Assembly (NCBI GenBank): GCA_951406725.2
Contig: OX597815.1
Coordinates: forward strand, 176,948,001 to 177,012,000
Direction of reading: 5' to 3'
Source of the DNA: Octopus vulgaris
Lineage: Eukaryota
DNA: 64,000 bases
Shown here: piece after piece, positions 1 through 12,990 of the stretch
How the letters are laid out: every line of letters begins with the position of its first letter
Position numbering within the stretch: the first letter of the stretch is position 1
The notes under the pieces: generated by a model
Seen by the model: the letters and a program-made list of their open reading frames with translations, nothing else
Database searches by the model: none
Told to the model about the DNA's origin: nothing
Translations under genes and position numbers: made by a program

Positions 1-65
1 GTATTGCATACGCACGCACACAAACATACCCAAATATATGTACATACACACTCACACACAGGAAT

Positions 66-66
<1 letters not shown>

Positions 67-109
<43 letters not shown>
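67..109. repeat. (CA)n microsatellite
   Basis: Pure CA run read directly. Confidence 0.95.
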
Positions 110-111
<2 letters not shown>

Positions 112-791
112 GAGAATAAACACAGTGAAGGATAAACACCTTAATTGTTACTGAATGACGATAAAATTATTTCACTGAAATCTGACTTGGAGCGAAACTG
201 CAAATTAGTATGAGGGGCTACAGTAATTTTAAGTGATATTATTAAAATTCTGAGACGGATTCCTGTCGGAATCGATCTTTGAACACAAAGTAACTAAATT
301 CACTAAATTAATTTGTTCGTTTTTTCCTTCCCCCATCTTTCCCGTGCCTTTGTTTCTCTGATAATTTCGAAAAGGTGGCGTAAGGCCGCAAACGTCGAGG
401 CAGCAGCATCCCCCTTGATAACTACTGCGCTTGATTTGATATCCTGCTGTCGTCGCTTTATCACTGGTTAATAACAAACAAAAAAATAATAATACATGGC
501 AGGTTGTGATTTTATTTGTTTCAGTGATGGATTAGGTCGGCGCCTTGAAAAGGTTTTGGCCGATACGTTTTAGTCGACCCCCGATAATCCAGCTTGATGC
601 TTTCATGGGAGTATACTTTGTTCACTTTTTGATACAACACCGGCTGGTTTTATGCCGGCAGCCCTGGGTCAAACACTTAAACATAAGCACGCACAGTTCA
701 CACACACTCGCACTCACACACACGCGGACGCACATACATATACATACACAAATATATATATAGTGTTATATACACACGCACAAACACACAC

Positions 792-793
<2 letters not shown>

Positions 794-854
<61 letters not shown>

Positions 855-1131
855 CATACATATATATATATATACATATACATACATATATATATATATA
901 CATACATATATATATATACATATACATACATATATATATATATACATATACATACATATATATATATATACATATACATACATATATATATATATACATA
1001 TACATACATATATATACATATATATATATACATATACATATATATACATATATATATATATACATATACATACATATATATATATATACATATATATACA
1101 TATATATATATACATACATATATATATATAC

Positions 1132-1223
<92 letters not shown>
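794..1223. repeat. Compound (TA)n/(TACA)n plus (GA)n microsatellite
   Basis: Read directly; it generates the spurious IYIY/HTHT ORFs at 652-1371. Confidence 0.95.
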
Positions 1224-1227
<4 letters not shown>

Positions 1228-1978
1228 TGTTATAGATATACAGGCGCATATACATACAAACATACACACACATATATACGTGCACTTCTGAAATGTTCTG
1301 TCTATCAAGTTCAAAACCCGAGGCTGTTATCTGAGACGATGTGCCTTGAGTTCGAACTTGTAATCCCATGATTACAATACGAACTTTGAAGATCGATTAG
1401 ATAAGTATAAATACTATACTGGCGTCGATTAAAACTGGCTAAGCACTTTGCCCTTCTAATTAATTAACTTTCAGTTAATGTGAAATATCAATTATTTAAT
1501 CCCAGAAAATTTCTAGAGGCTTTAGGACACAGCGTAACGTTGTATGTAGGACTCAGCGTATGTGTTTTGTCAATGATCGGTAGCTCACCTTTACCGATTC
1601 TTATCATTCCTATCACCACTATTCCCATTGGTCCTGTTGATTTTGTATAGCCTCACTTAAAGTGAACCTATGATTAAATCGCATGCCAACTCTGACTGTC
1701 CCGTCATCTTTTCAGATAAAATGCGTATAAAAGCACATTCTACAATAGGCTTTTTAAAAGTTCTTATGATTTTAAGGGAGATTTGGCTGTTATTTTTAAC
1801 AAGTCGATTAATGAGGTAGACTTTCTCTTTTGCGTTAACGTTTAAACTTCAATTCCTACATGGTTCGTGTTTGCTCTTCAATATGCGTGAGTTGTTAACT
1901 AAAAAATTGTGAAGACCCTGTGCTAATAAACTTGACAATTTCTTTCCTTATATTTGTAGAATTTCGCAATGTTAGAAC

Positions 1979-2016
<38 letters not shown>

Positions 2017-2093
2017 TTTATTATCAGATGTGTTAGCGGTGAGCTTGCCGAATCGTTAGGATAAAATGCTTAGCGGCATTTCACTCACCTTTA

Positions 2094-2300
2094 AGGTGGC
2101 GAGCTGACAGAATTGTCATCATATTGGGCAAAATGCTTCGCGGCATTTCGTCTCGGTACAAATTCCGCCAAGGTGGACTTTGCCTTTCATCCTTTTGTGG
2201 TCGATAAAATAAGTACCAATCAAGAAGTGGGTTCAATGCGATTGACTTACTCCCCACCCCTGCAAACATGTTGGCCTTGTGCCAAAGTTTGAAACCAACC
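2094..2300 (+). mobile_element. tRNA-derived SINE family A, diverged copy (further decayed pieces at about 2035-2080 and 2310-2625)
   Basis: Head GGTGGCGAGCTGACAGAAT and core GACTTTGCCTTTCATCCTTTTGTGGTCGATAAAATAAGTACCA match other copies in the window. Confidence 0.75.
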
Positions 2301-2640
2301 ATTATTATTAGACGGGTTCAAATACGAACTAGGTCCAGTTAACTTTTCATATTTTCTGCGTCGATTAAATAAAGTACCAGTTAAGTACTGGGGCTGATAT
2401 AATCGGCTAAACCTCCTCCCCCTCTCACCACACACAAATATCAGGCCTTGTAACTAAGTCACAAACAATTATTCTTAATGGTTGATTGCCAATTCGATTG
2501 ACATAGATCTGCTTTTTATTCTTTCACGATCGACAAAATAAGTACCAGTTAAATACTAGGGTCGAAGTAATCGAGTTACCCATCACCGAACATGTGCTGG
2601 CGTTGTGCCTAAATTTGAAACCATTATTATTTATTATTAT

Positions 2641-2860
2641 TGCCTTTGCACAGCTTCTGACGCTGGAGATGTACTACAGTGTCAGCTGTTCACTACCAGT
2701 AAACCAAAGTAACACCTCTTATTTTTCGAGCACCATCCGGAGTATTCGAACGGTTCCATGCAGTGCTGTTTTCTGCAAGTGCTCTACCCTTATTGCAGCC
2801 CCTATTTGTTCCATATACTTCTCAAGATTTTTACTCACTGTTCTTAGGGCTCCGACAATT
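2641..2860 (-). mobile_element. 3' fragment of an R4/Dong-clade (RLE) non-LTR retrotransposon inserted in (TAA)n
   Basis: Translates IVGALRTVSKNLEKYMEQIG...HLQKTALHGTVRILRMVLEK*, resembling the R4/Dong C-terminus (GALG...LQKxALLGTARILR), followed by a short 3' UTR. TTA/TAA runs on both sides. Confidence 0.7.
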
Positions 2861-2877
2861 ATTATTATTATTATTAT

Positions 2878-2910
<33 letters not shown>

Positions 2911-3227
2911 AGTTAGGTGTTGACAGAATTTACAGAATCGAACTAAATACTGCCCCAAATCCGTGAACGTCTGCTTGCTCTTTGATCCGTCTGGTTTGCT
3001 AAAGTAAATCCCGATTGTAACATAGAAAGAGTTGAATTAATTACACCCAACCCAACCCAAAGTATATCATTCATTGCTATGAAGTGGATACTATTTTCTG
3101 TTTTATTATTTAGCGTGTTCTGCTCTTCAGCGGACATGTTGCTACCGGTAAGTTGAAAGACTAACACGTTTCTGAATTTATTCGATGTAAAGTCATATTA
3201 TTATATATTTTTCTTTTGCTGTTGCTG

Positions 3228-3611
3228 TTTGTTTGTTTGTTTGTTGAGCGAAGCGGTCTTCGTCCCAGAGCTCGCAAGATCGCGCCTCAGGAGAAGTCCG
3301 AAACGTGGTCCTTTGCTATTCGTAAGACCCACATAAGAGAAAACAGGTCAACCGAGAGCATCGACGGATGGATGAATGTGCATCCAGGCTCAACGGTTGC
3401 GTAGGAAGTTGGGGACAAGAAACAGGAAGAAAGAGTGAGAGAAAGTTGGGGCGAAAGAGTACAACAGGGGTCGCCACCACCCCCTGCTTGAGACTCGTAG
3501 AGCTTTAGGTGTTTTCGCTCAATAAACACACACAACACCCGGTCTGGGAATCGAAACCGCGATCCTCTGACCGCGAGTCTGTTGCCCGAACCACTGGGCC
3601 ATTGCGCCTCC
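3228..3611 (-). mobile_element. tRNA-derived SINE family C, tail type 1
   Basis: Head GGAGGCGCAATGGCCCAGTGGTT...GGTTTCGATTCCC with A- and B-box-like motifs; body shared with 16030-16317 and 54444-54728; ends in (AAAC)n. Confidence 0.8.
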
Positions 3612-4783
3612 TGTTGTTGCTGTTGGTGGTGCTGTGCAGCCTCCACCCAGCCCTGATCAGGTCGAAATATCATCAAAGACATTTCACTATGACAAACAAT
3701 ATTTTGACATAGTTTTCCTTCGATTATAATATCCAAAGCTGTTTAAAACGATGAATGTGACTTGAGGAATTTGGCACCTATTTCTAGCAGATCGAACGAT
3801 CACACAGTTGTGCTCTCTTTGACTTTTCTATTTCATTCTTTCTTACAAGTTGTTCATATGTATTTAGAAAGTAGGCAGTCAGTCATTAACCTACAGCTAA
3901 ACTGAAATTATTGTATACTTTCAACATCCGGTCAGAATGAATTTAATTCACAATAATATTACTCCATTAAGGCAATGAATGAAAGATGCAACATCCAATA
4001 CATTCTCCTCATTATCTGAGTGAGTGAAAAAAAGAAATCAATTTACACTTATTCCGTTGAGTGCTGTAACGCCCAGAAACGAATTTCACCCCACTTCATA
4101 TGCGTTCGAGAAACCACCAAAACCACATCTCACCTCTTCGTATGAACATAGATTTACGTATAGATGAGAGAAACAAAATAAACAATTATTTATTTATTTA
4201 CAAGTAAAATGGGTGAGACGTGTAAACTACATTTCAAAGAGTTGTTCAATCTGAATGTCTGCTGATGTTTGCCACAGACAGGCATGGTTACCAGGGTAAC
4301 GGTTCTTCAACTGCTCTAGTTGCCATGAGCCGAATACGCACACACATCCGCGCACATGCACACACACGCATTCGCGGACACACGCACACACACACAACGT
4401 ATCTCTTTCATTCACTCACACACACACTTACAGTTTTCTGTTTACTTTTGTTCGTTTATCATTAAATTTTTTGTTGCTAATGCTGTTGGATTAAAACCTG
4501 TATGAATGGCAAGTGGATATTCATCAGAGACACAGGATCGGCTGACGATAGGAGACAAAGAAAAAACGAAACAGCGAGAAGGAAGCGCGGATGAAGTTTG
4601 TTATTGTAGAGCCACCGCTCTAGTTATTAATCATATCAGTATTCAGCATCCATCTGCAAGAAGATATACACAGCCAGCAGGATGAGAATGGGTTGCTGTT
4701 TCAATCCCGCTCGAAGTCATAGTACAACACTTTCGCCACAATTGTTTCCGAAATGCGCCAAAATTTAACATTACTCGTTTGGC

Positions 4784-4785
4784 AT

Positions 4786-4840
<55 letters not shown>

Positions 4841-4931
4841 TGTATGTGTGTGTGTGTGTGTGTCTGTCTGTATGTGTGTGTCTGTGTGTATACAGATAGG
4901 TATAGATAGATATGTATGCGTGTAAGGTAGA

Positions 4932-4975
<44 letters not shown>
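4784..4975. repeat. (TG)n/(TA)n compound microsatellite
   Basis: Read directly. Confidence 0.9.
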
Positions 4976-4977
<2 letters not shown>

Positions 4978-5179
4978 GGTTACTGTTCTGTTTAGATAGA
5001 ATCAACGAAAAAGTATTCCATTGAGTGAGAGATAAATATCATTCAATGTACACTGTTTTAAAACAAGAGCTACAAATAGTTTCTTGCCATTGAGACACGT
5101 GGTTAAGTACGTTATAAAAATTAGCCCAACCACATTTCTCAAGGCAAAAACAAGTATATGTAAATTCACGCACCCCACC

Positions 5180-5212
<33 letters not shown>

Positions 5213-5246
5213 TAGTGAAATTAGAAATACAGTAATATTTGAAAAA

Positions 5247-5460
5247 AAGCGGGTGGCTGGCAGAAACGTTAGCACGCCGAGCGAAATGCTTAGCAGTATT
5301 TCGTCTGCCGTTACGTTCTGAGTTCAAATTCCGCCGAGGTTGACTTTGCCTTTCATCCTTTCGGCCTCGATAAATTAAGTACGAGTTGCATACTGAGGTC
5401 CATCTAATCGACTGTCCCCCTCCCCCCCAAATTTTCGGGGCTTGTCCCTCGAGTAAAAAC
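5247..5460 (+). mobile_element. SINE family A
   Basis: CTGGCAGAAACGTTAGCACGCC...GAGTTCAAATTCCGCCGAGG (B box) plus the conserved core. Confidence 0.85.
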
Positions 5461-5905
5461 GAATAAATATTTGAAAAACTGAATAGAAACGGCTTTTCTG
5501 ATAGTTTTTTCACTTCGGTGGTTAAATGCTTATAAAACGTAAGCTTCTTATTATTAAAGTAGAAAATTATGTCTACCATACCCGGAAGAAGAGATGATGT
5601 CGATAAATCAATGATCTACCTCGTATGGTAAAGAATATACCCTTTTTCGTTTTTATCGTCTTTGTTGCTTAAATGCAGGATACTAAGATTAGTAAAAAAA
5701 CCCCAAAAAAACAAAGAACAAAACTCCGCGCATTCCTGTGGCCGGTTGCGAGGTTCTAGTTGATCCCCATCCTATATTGTAAAAACCATAGCTGTGCTCC
5801 AGCTGGACTGGCTCTTACACAACACAATGATAGAAAAGATAAGGTAAAAATAAGGGTCATTACATATTCTTCTCTACTGCAATAAAGGAAACTATATATA
5901 TATTA

Positions 5906-6135
5906 GCGGCGAGCTGGCAGAATCGTTAGCACACCGGGCGAAATGCTCTGTAGTATTTCGTCTGTCGCTACGTTCTGAGTTCAAATTCCGGTGAGGTCGA
6001 CTTTGGCTTTCATCCTTCCGGGGTCGATAAAGAAAGTACCAGTTACGCACTGGGGTCGATTTAATCGTCTCAATCCCTTTGTCTGTCCTTGTTTGTCCCC
6101 TCTATGTTTAGCCCCTTGTGGGCAATAAAGAAATA
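5906..6135 (+). mobile_element. SINE family A
   Basis: Full head, core and TTTGTCCCCTCTATGTTTAGCCCCTTGTGGG tail; flanked by (TA)n. Confidence 0.9.
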
Positions 6136-6231
6136 TATATATATATATATATATATGTTTGTGTGCGTGCACTTGCGTACAGTGTTTGCATATAAGTGTG
6201 TGTATAACCATATATATATATATATATATGT

Positions 6232-6880
6232 AACTGATAGGTTTCGGCTAGTATAGGCCCAGGCCATGTTTAACTTAATAGCACCACCTGGTGAAGTCTT
6301 TAATCATACATGGGGCACCATGGCCCACTGTAGCAAAGAACTATTATTGTTGGAGACAATATCCAGGTGTAGGTGGTTGGTCCGGGATTTTTTTTTTTTT
6401 TGAGAAATTTGTCCAGTGAACTTTTGAATTTTATGGGATCCGTTTCCATTTTGGCATATTTTGGTATGGTATTAAAGAGAGCTGGACCGGTTGAAGTAAA
6501 GTACTTATGATCTAATGTCATGTGTCCTGAGTTCGATTTTTGTAGTGGGTGGAGAACACGGGGGCCAAGTTTTGGATGGATTTTAAAATTGATGCCAGCA
6601 TCGTTTGTGTAATATTGATGGAATATTTTCCACATAACACAAATAATGTAGCACTCCCGGCGGCGTTGGAGAGAGTAGAGAATTGATTTTTTTTCTTTTT
6701 GTCGACCCCAATTATTAATGCCTCTCATGCCATCATCTATCTTTCTTGTTATGGACCTCTGGAGTGTTTCTACTTTCATAATGGGTTGCTTCGTATGGAG
6801 AGACCACGGTGGACAACAGTACTCAAGTTGGGGTCGGGAAAAAGTAGAAAAATCATGAAAAAGTAGAGTATAGAGTAGAG
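6232..6880 (-). mobile_element. Degenerate 3' fragment of a CR1-group LINE (different family from the intact element)
   Basis: RPQLEYCCPPWS, LYSLQRRRECY..MWKI, GPALFNTIP and FKSSLDKFL align with the ORF2 C-terminus at 27369-27960 (SRLDYCSQLWS, LFSLERRRERY..IWKI, GPQLFNILP, FKTKLDLFL). The 3' UTR has the shared double hairpin. Confidence 0.85.
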
Positions 6881-7091
6881 AAGGATGATGGTGTGGGGTA
6901 AGTTCTGAATATATCAGCAAGAATACTTATAGCAGTAAAATTTCAGTTGAACAATAATACGTAACCTTTTCTTCTGTGAAAACGTCGTATCTTTATATTT
7001 TTATTTTTCATACATATAAAAACAGAATACAATTATTCACAACTCATCTTACAAAGGTAAACTTGTTTTAATTACACAATATATCTCTCTG

Positions 7092-7188
<97 letters not shown>
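7092..7188. repeat. (CTAT)n microsatellite
   Basis: Read directly. Confidence 0.95.
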
Positions 7189-7449
7189 ATGTGTGTGTAA
7201 ACGCATATATATATATATTTAACGTATTTTTGACTTGTTCTCAGTGTTTCCCCTCACCTCGCACGCACACATATATGTACAGACACACACACACACATAA
7301 TATATACGTATGAATGTCTGTATAAACATACATGCCTCTCACCAGCAGGGTGAAAAAGCTTTATTAATCATTACCCTTCAGGAGTAATGCTTGTAATATG
7401 CGACGTTTCCAATTTATTAGGATTTCTTTCTGAATGTAGAAAATATTTC

Positions 7450-10100
7450 CAACTTCTTTCCAGTGTATTAGAGAAAAAAAAAATCATGAAATTTTCTTCT
7501 GAAATCCCCTTTTTTCAAAGTCGTTTTATATTGACCGTATTTTGATCTTCAAAATTCCAGGTATTTGCCTACCCGTAGGTCAGGTGGGTCTTAAAACCCC
7601 AACTGTGAATATCCTGTCTTCCCTCTTCGGTGTTTTTGATTTAGGATCACCTTTTACAGTCTGTCGTTCTTTCCATTGAGACAATAGTTTTTAACTGGTT
7701 GCGAAGCGGAAAGAGCCTTGCCTGCTATTTCTGTGGTCAAGCGAATTGTATGATAGAGCTGCCGTTGTTGACTTGACCGTTTCTCTCTAGACGAGTTGGG
7801 GAATTAGCTTCCACTCGCGTATCTACTTTCTAATACAAAGACAACGATGTGTGGCTTCAGAGATGTTGTCTACTACTTTTCACATATCGAGCCATTGCGT
7901 TGCGGCGTTGTTGTCAGAATGTATTTCCTACGTATATCACTATGGAATAAATTCGGCGGAAACTCTAGAATACCGGTTCAGAGTGTCATTGTGTTGAAAT
8001 AGATTCTTGGTATTGGATTTCATCGACTTCTCTACGATTTGCGACATTATTTCTCATTTTAGACATGTCCCTTTTGTTGTCTATTAATAGTCTTTCTCGA
8101 TTTTATTTCGTGTATTGCTTCACCTCCTCAGAGTACATTCATCCACAACACAAAACAGGAATTTTCTGTTCTAAATTCGAAGCTTGTTTTGCCCTCAATA
8201 TTTTTCATATTTTCATTCATAAAACTTTTGCTTATATTATGAAGACTACTTATACAAGACACGCAAAGTTGAAACTGCAGTTAAGTAACACTGTCACCGA
8301 GTAACCACAATTACTCTTATAGTCACAGGTTCTTACCAAAAGCGTAGTGGTTGTCGTCATCATGGATCGCTTTCAGCTTGGGATTTCATGTTTTTGACTC
8401 GAACTTCAGGAATCAAAGCTCAGGTAAATGTCCTCCTTGAATATGATGCAAATTTATCACAATACTATTTCAGAGATCCTGTTATTTATATAAAATGCCT
8501 ATTGAAACAATACAGATTTTGAGCAACTAGGAATCACACAACCATCTTCTTTAAAAGTCTATGCTTTGTAATACAGCGAGGAAATACTGTTGAGCCTCTC
8601 TGTAGTTGGAATACATTTTCTGATTGACCATTTCGTGCCACATATGCTTTGTACTCCCGATTAGCAGATTACTTAATTGCCTGGTTAGAGACGAGTTGTG
8701 CACTGCTGAACACAAGTCTTCGCTGATAATCTAATGATACAACATATTCATTTTAGATGACTATACATGATTTTCTTCAATTTTTTTTTCTAAGTAGTTA
8801 GCGTGTAGGAAATGTTGCAATTTGTTGAGGTCATTCAAACGGTAAATCTATATGTTAGTATTTGTTTCAAACCTTTCCTGGCTGGACTTTAAATGATTTT
8901 TCATCAGCCCACGAGTATAAATATATGATAGCAATATTAATTAATATATCTTGCAGCTCCACAGTATTTCTGTCACAATACATGTTGTGCTGCTCATCCC
9001 TTGAAGAACCACTCATTCAAAAATAAGGCCGTGGACCCTGACCGAAGAAGCTTATTTTCTACTCAACGTTGCCTATCCAATAAAACGTGCTTTCGATGAT
9101 AATGTTTCTACATAGAGAAAACCTTATCAGAAAACAAAAGCCTGACCAAGAGAATTCATCGTTTAAACATCAGATAACTTCTCTTCCAATCCGAGTATTG
9201 TTCGTACGAGCAGACAAGTAAAAAAAAGTTCCTTTTCATCTTGTTTGGTTGTCTTATTGATGAAAGAGTCTGTTTCGAAGTTTAAATCTGGAGTCAGTTC
9301 TATTAACCTTAACCACTTAACTTTGAACCACAGTTGAGAAAGTGGAGTCTCAGTGAATGGGTTCTCAGCTTATTTGGTGTCATCGATGTTGTGTGAACGG
9401 TAAGACACTGAAATCCATTGTGCATATTTCCCGAGAGTAATTTATTCTTCCTCATATAGGTTTGCAGGGAAAAACATGGGCTCTATACAAAAGCCTACTG
9501 CTGTCATTGAGCTCTTGGCAATGACTGCCTGGAATGCACAGAAGGCAGTAGGTCATTGCTTATCGAAATGACCCCATTGCCATGAGGAATCTGCACAGCT
9601 AGGTACAGAGATTTTAAAGTCGTGGAAGCATCATTCAAGAGAAATCACGCATTGGCAAAATAGCGATGTCTGACAATAATGGGCCATAAGTGGAGGAATT
9701 GGCTTGCGCGACAGACGCGTCAGAATGTGTGAGTTTACTGGACAACTGGACTCTGGTCACAATGCATTGCAGAATATAATGGAACCGTTTAAAGGTAATG
9801 AAGATAATTATTTACTTCTGACAGATTGGAAACGAAAGCTGAGTCTATGGAAGGTCGTCACACTCCTCATTCTATGCAGCTTAAAGGACAAGTGATCGGC
9901 ACATAAAATTATAATGTGGGCATCGTTCTCATTGACGCTTTTGAAACATGGTTGTACTGTGAATGACGAGAAGAAAATTGACAGAGCTAAAAGGGTCACA
10001 GAAGTTCTACTGAGGAAGAGACCACACAAGACTGAAAATGACTCCCATTGCACAACCACACACGGCATTGGCAAGATATCATGTAATTAGTAAAATGGGA
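7450..10100 (-). pseudogene. Possible ancient hAT/hATm-like transposase relic
   Basis: A 2.6 kb microsatellite-free block. Frame-hopping minus-strand peptides TTCIVT-KYCGAA (~8950-8990), CYHIF (~8920) and RNAMARYVKK..SEA (~7860-7900) loosely recall DTTxxNTG..GA, CxxH and QAVERxVKxVTEAS. Many stops; boundaries uncertain. Confidence 0.3.
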
Positions 10101-10154
10101 GGCAAAGTAGCCCCCCCCTCTCCACAGTACAATATCCCTCCGACTTTCACTTCA

Positions 10155-10575
10155 CTTTACTCTTACTCTTTACTCTTTTACTTGTTTCAGTCATTTGACT
10201 GCGGCCATGCTGGAGCACCGCCTTTAATCGAACAAATCGACCTCGGGACTTATTCTTTGTAATCCCAGTACTTATTCTATCGGTCTCATTTTCCTAACCG
10301 CTAAGTGACGGGGACATAAACACACCAGCATCGGTTGTCAAGCAATGCTAGGGGGACAAACACAGACACACAAACATACACGTACATATATATATATATA
10401 TACATATATACGACGGGCTTCTTTCAGTTTCCGTCTACCAAATCCACTCACAAGGCTTTGGTCGGCTCGGGGCTATAGCAGAAGACACTTGCCCAAGGTG
10501 CCATGCAGTGGGACTGAAACCAGGAACCATGTGGTTGGTAAGCAAGCTACTTACCACACAGCCACCCCTGCGCCT
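10155..10575 (-). mobile_element. SINE family B (internal microsatellite, CR1-group-LINE-like tail)
   Basis: Head GGCGCAGGGGTGGCTGTGTGGTAAG, CCTTGGGCAAGTGTCTTC core, internal (TA)n, and tail GGCGGTGCTCCAGCATGGCCGCAGTCAAATGACTGAAAC followed by (AGTAAAG)-like repeats. Confidence 0.9.
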
Positions 10576-11398
10576 TGTTCCATCCAATAAAAAAAATAGT
10601 CTTTAGAGATATGGATTTCATGATAAAAACAAGATGAATTGGGTTGTGAAGAGACGAGTGCAGAACTGAGTATCTGAATATTTTTCCAACTCGAATTACA
10701 ATTTAGGTTCAATGATCGCTTGGGATGGAGATTGTGCTGACAAGAGTCTTTCAACTGAGAAAGGGTTAATCTAAGCAGCGGTTCAGTTTGAACAAGCTAT
10801 GTCAGTTATGAAAGTTCTAACCACTTACTTAGCATTACTTTCGGGACAATTTTCATAGATTAAATCAAAAAAGATTTTAAACAGTGTCCCAGCCAAGCGA
10901 TGATTTATGTGACTCACCGCCTCTGAACATCATAGCACCAACCTAACCACCGCAGTCGGAGATTATAAAGCAAAACGATGGATGTCATCTGAAACATGGA
11001 GGTAATAAAACTTGAGTGATGTTCTTGGCACCTTCATCGAGATAAAGCAGATAACATATTACTAGATAATCAATAGAATGTTCAGAATTTAAAAGGGGAC
11101 TAATTATTGTACGTCGACGTAGGCTATATTTAGCTACAAACACATCTGATCTCGATCTGTCAGCTGAGATAGCTTATGTGGAGCGTTCATGTATCTATGG
11201 TTTTAGATTGGCTTTTTATGTTGTTATATTTGTGTTTTGTTCTTACGTTATTGTTTTTATTCTTAATCCATTTTCAATGGCATAACATAAATCTCCTCAG
11301 AATCATTGTTAACTTTTACTGCAACGGATCAATTTTCACCATATCTGATTGTACTACATTTGACTAGCATCAGATTTAGTATGAAAAACTAACATTGA

Positions 11399-11429
<31 letters not shown>

Positions 11430-11433
<4 letters not shown>

Positions 11434-11600
11434 CATATCTCGGTACTGTCCCTTCCCAAGCTTTGTTATACTGTAATATCTCTTATACTTCACTCACCCC
11501 AGGACATGTTATACTGTAATATCTCTTATACTTCACTCACCCCAGGACACTGGGTGTGGCTCAGCAAGTGACCGTAACAAACATGCAGATGAAAAGTATA
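11430..11600 (+). mobile_element. Short insertion in (TAA)n, probably an R4/Dong-like 3' end, with an internal 43-bp tandem duplication
   Basis: (TAA)n at 11401-11428 and from 11598. The 43-mer TGTTATACTG...CCCAGGACA occurs at 11464-11506 and 11507-11549. Confidence 0.45.
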
Positions 11601-12124
11601 ATAATAATAATAATAATAATAATGGTAATAATGATAATAATAATGATGATAAAAATAATGAAGACGACGACGACGATGATGACTTAAACTGTGGGTGTTT
11701 ACAAATAATGAAAAGGACGATAGTGATGTGGTCCTCATTATACAGGAGGTCCTGTAGGGAGCATCAAGGAACCCCACTGTCCAAGATATCCCTAAATACG
11801 AAGAACCATTGCCCTCTACAACTCCTGTTCTCCATCTCACAAATCTGTCATCTACTCTTGCCATTTTCGCTGCTTTCACCCCACTTTTCAATAATTTCGG
11901 TCGAGGACAGCAACAAGAGTGATAATAACATCAACAATATTAGCAACAAGAATTGAATCGGATTTAATCGCATATATAGATCTTCAATTAATGATGTTAT
12001 TTAATTCCATGTATTTATCCCAGTATCTCATCGCTCCACCTCCTTTGTCCATATTCGTATTGTTTATGGTTGTCTGATAGATTTATATTCTCACCGGAGA
12101 ATGTGTGTAAAATCGGAATCTAAT

Positions 12125-12473
12125 CCTAGACTTGAGACAGGATTTGGTAGACAGAAAATGGAAGAAACCAATCGCGTATATGTGTGCGTGAGTTTGTGTG
12201 TGTATGTATGCATGTATGTGTGTATATATATATATGTATGTATGTATGTCTGTGTGCGTATGTGTGTGATCTGGTGCTTGTATTCACCCTCCATCATCGC
12301 TTAATAGCCTGTGTTGATTTGTTAACGTAATAAGTTAGCGATTCGATAAAAGAGATCGATCAAATGAGTGCCAGGCATTAAAAATAAGGATAAGGTCTAC
12401 GTCTTCGACTCAACCTTTTAAGGCGCTGCCCCAGCATGGTCGCACTCTAATGGTTGAAGCAAGTAAATGATTA

Positions 12474-12478
<5 letters not shown>
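12125..12478 (+). mobile_element. SINE family B, old 5'-truncated copy
   Basis: GGATTTGGTAGACAGAAA...GCTGCCCCAGCATGGTCGC...GAAGCAAGTAAA. Confidence 0.7.
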
Positions 12479-12524
<46 letters not shown>

Positions 12525-12551
12525 TACATATATATATATATACATACATAC

Positions 12552-12723
12552 AGGCGCGGAAATATCTGTGTGGTAAGTGGCTTGGTTAAAAATCATATGG
12601 TTCCGGTTTCAGTCCCACTGCGTGGCACCTTGGGCAAGTGTCTTCTACTATAGCCTCGGGCCGACCAAAGCCTTGTGAGTGGATTTGGTAGGCGGAAACC
12701 GAAAGAAGCCCGTCGTATGTATG

Positions 12724-12772
<49 letters not shown>

Positions 12773-12957
12773 TTGTATGTCTGTGTTTGTCCCCTATATC
12801 GCTTAAAAACCGATGGTGGTGTGTTTACGTCCCCGTAACTTAGCAGTTCAGTAAAATAGACCAATAGAATAAGTACTAGGCTTACAAAGAATAAATCCTG
12901 GGGTTGATTTGTTCGATGCTCCAGCATGGCCGCAATCGAGTGACTGGAACAAATAAA
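12552..12957 (+). mobile_element. SINE family B
   Basis: Matches 10155-10575 over head, core, internal (TA)n and tail. Confidence 0.88.
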
Positions 12958-12990
12958 AAAAATACACACGCCTCCCCCCCATACACATAT

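Noticed and set aside
652-1371. Long ORFs rich in IY/HT/VC repeats here and throughout, including 31839-32951
   Set aside because: They are translations of stop-free microsatellites with no coding signal.
3278-3318. CTCAGGA...CCGAAACGTGGTC hammerhead-like string in a SINE tail
   Set aside because: G5 is missing and stems I and II do not form convincingly.
3545-3611. tRNA gene calls at SINE heads (also 16250-16317 and 54660-54728)
   Set aside because: They continue into SINE bodies and lack a proper acceptor stem; they are tRNA-derived heads, not tRNA genes.
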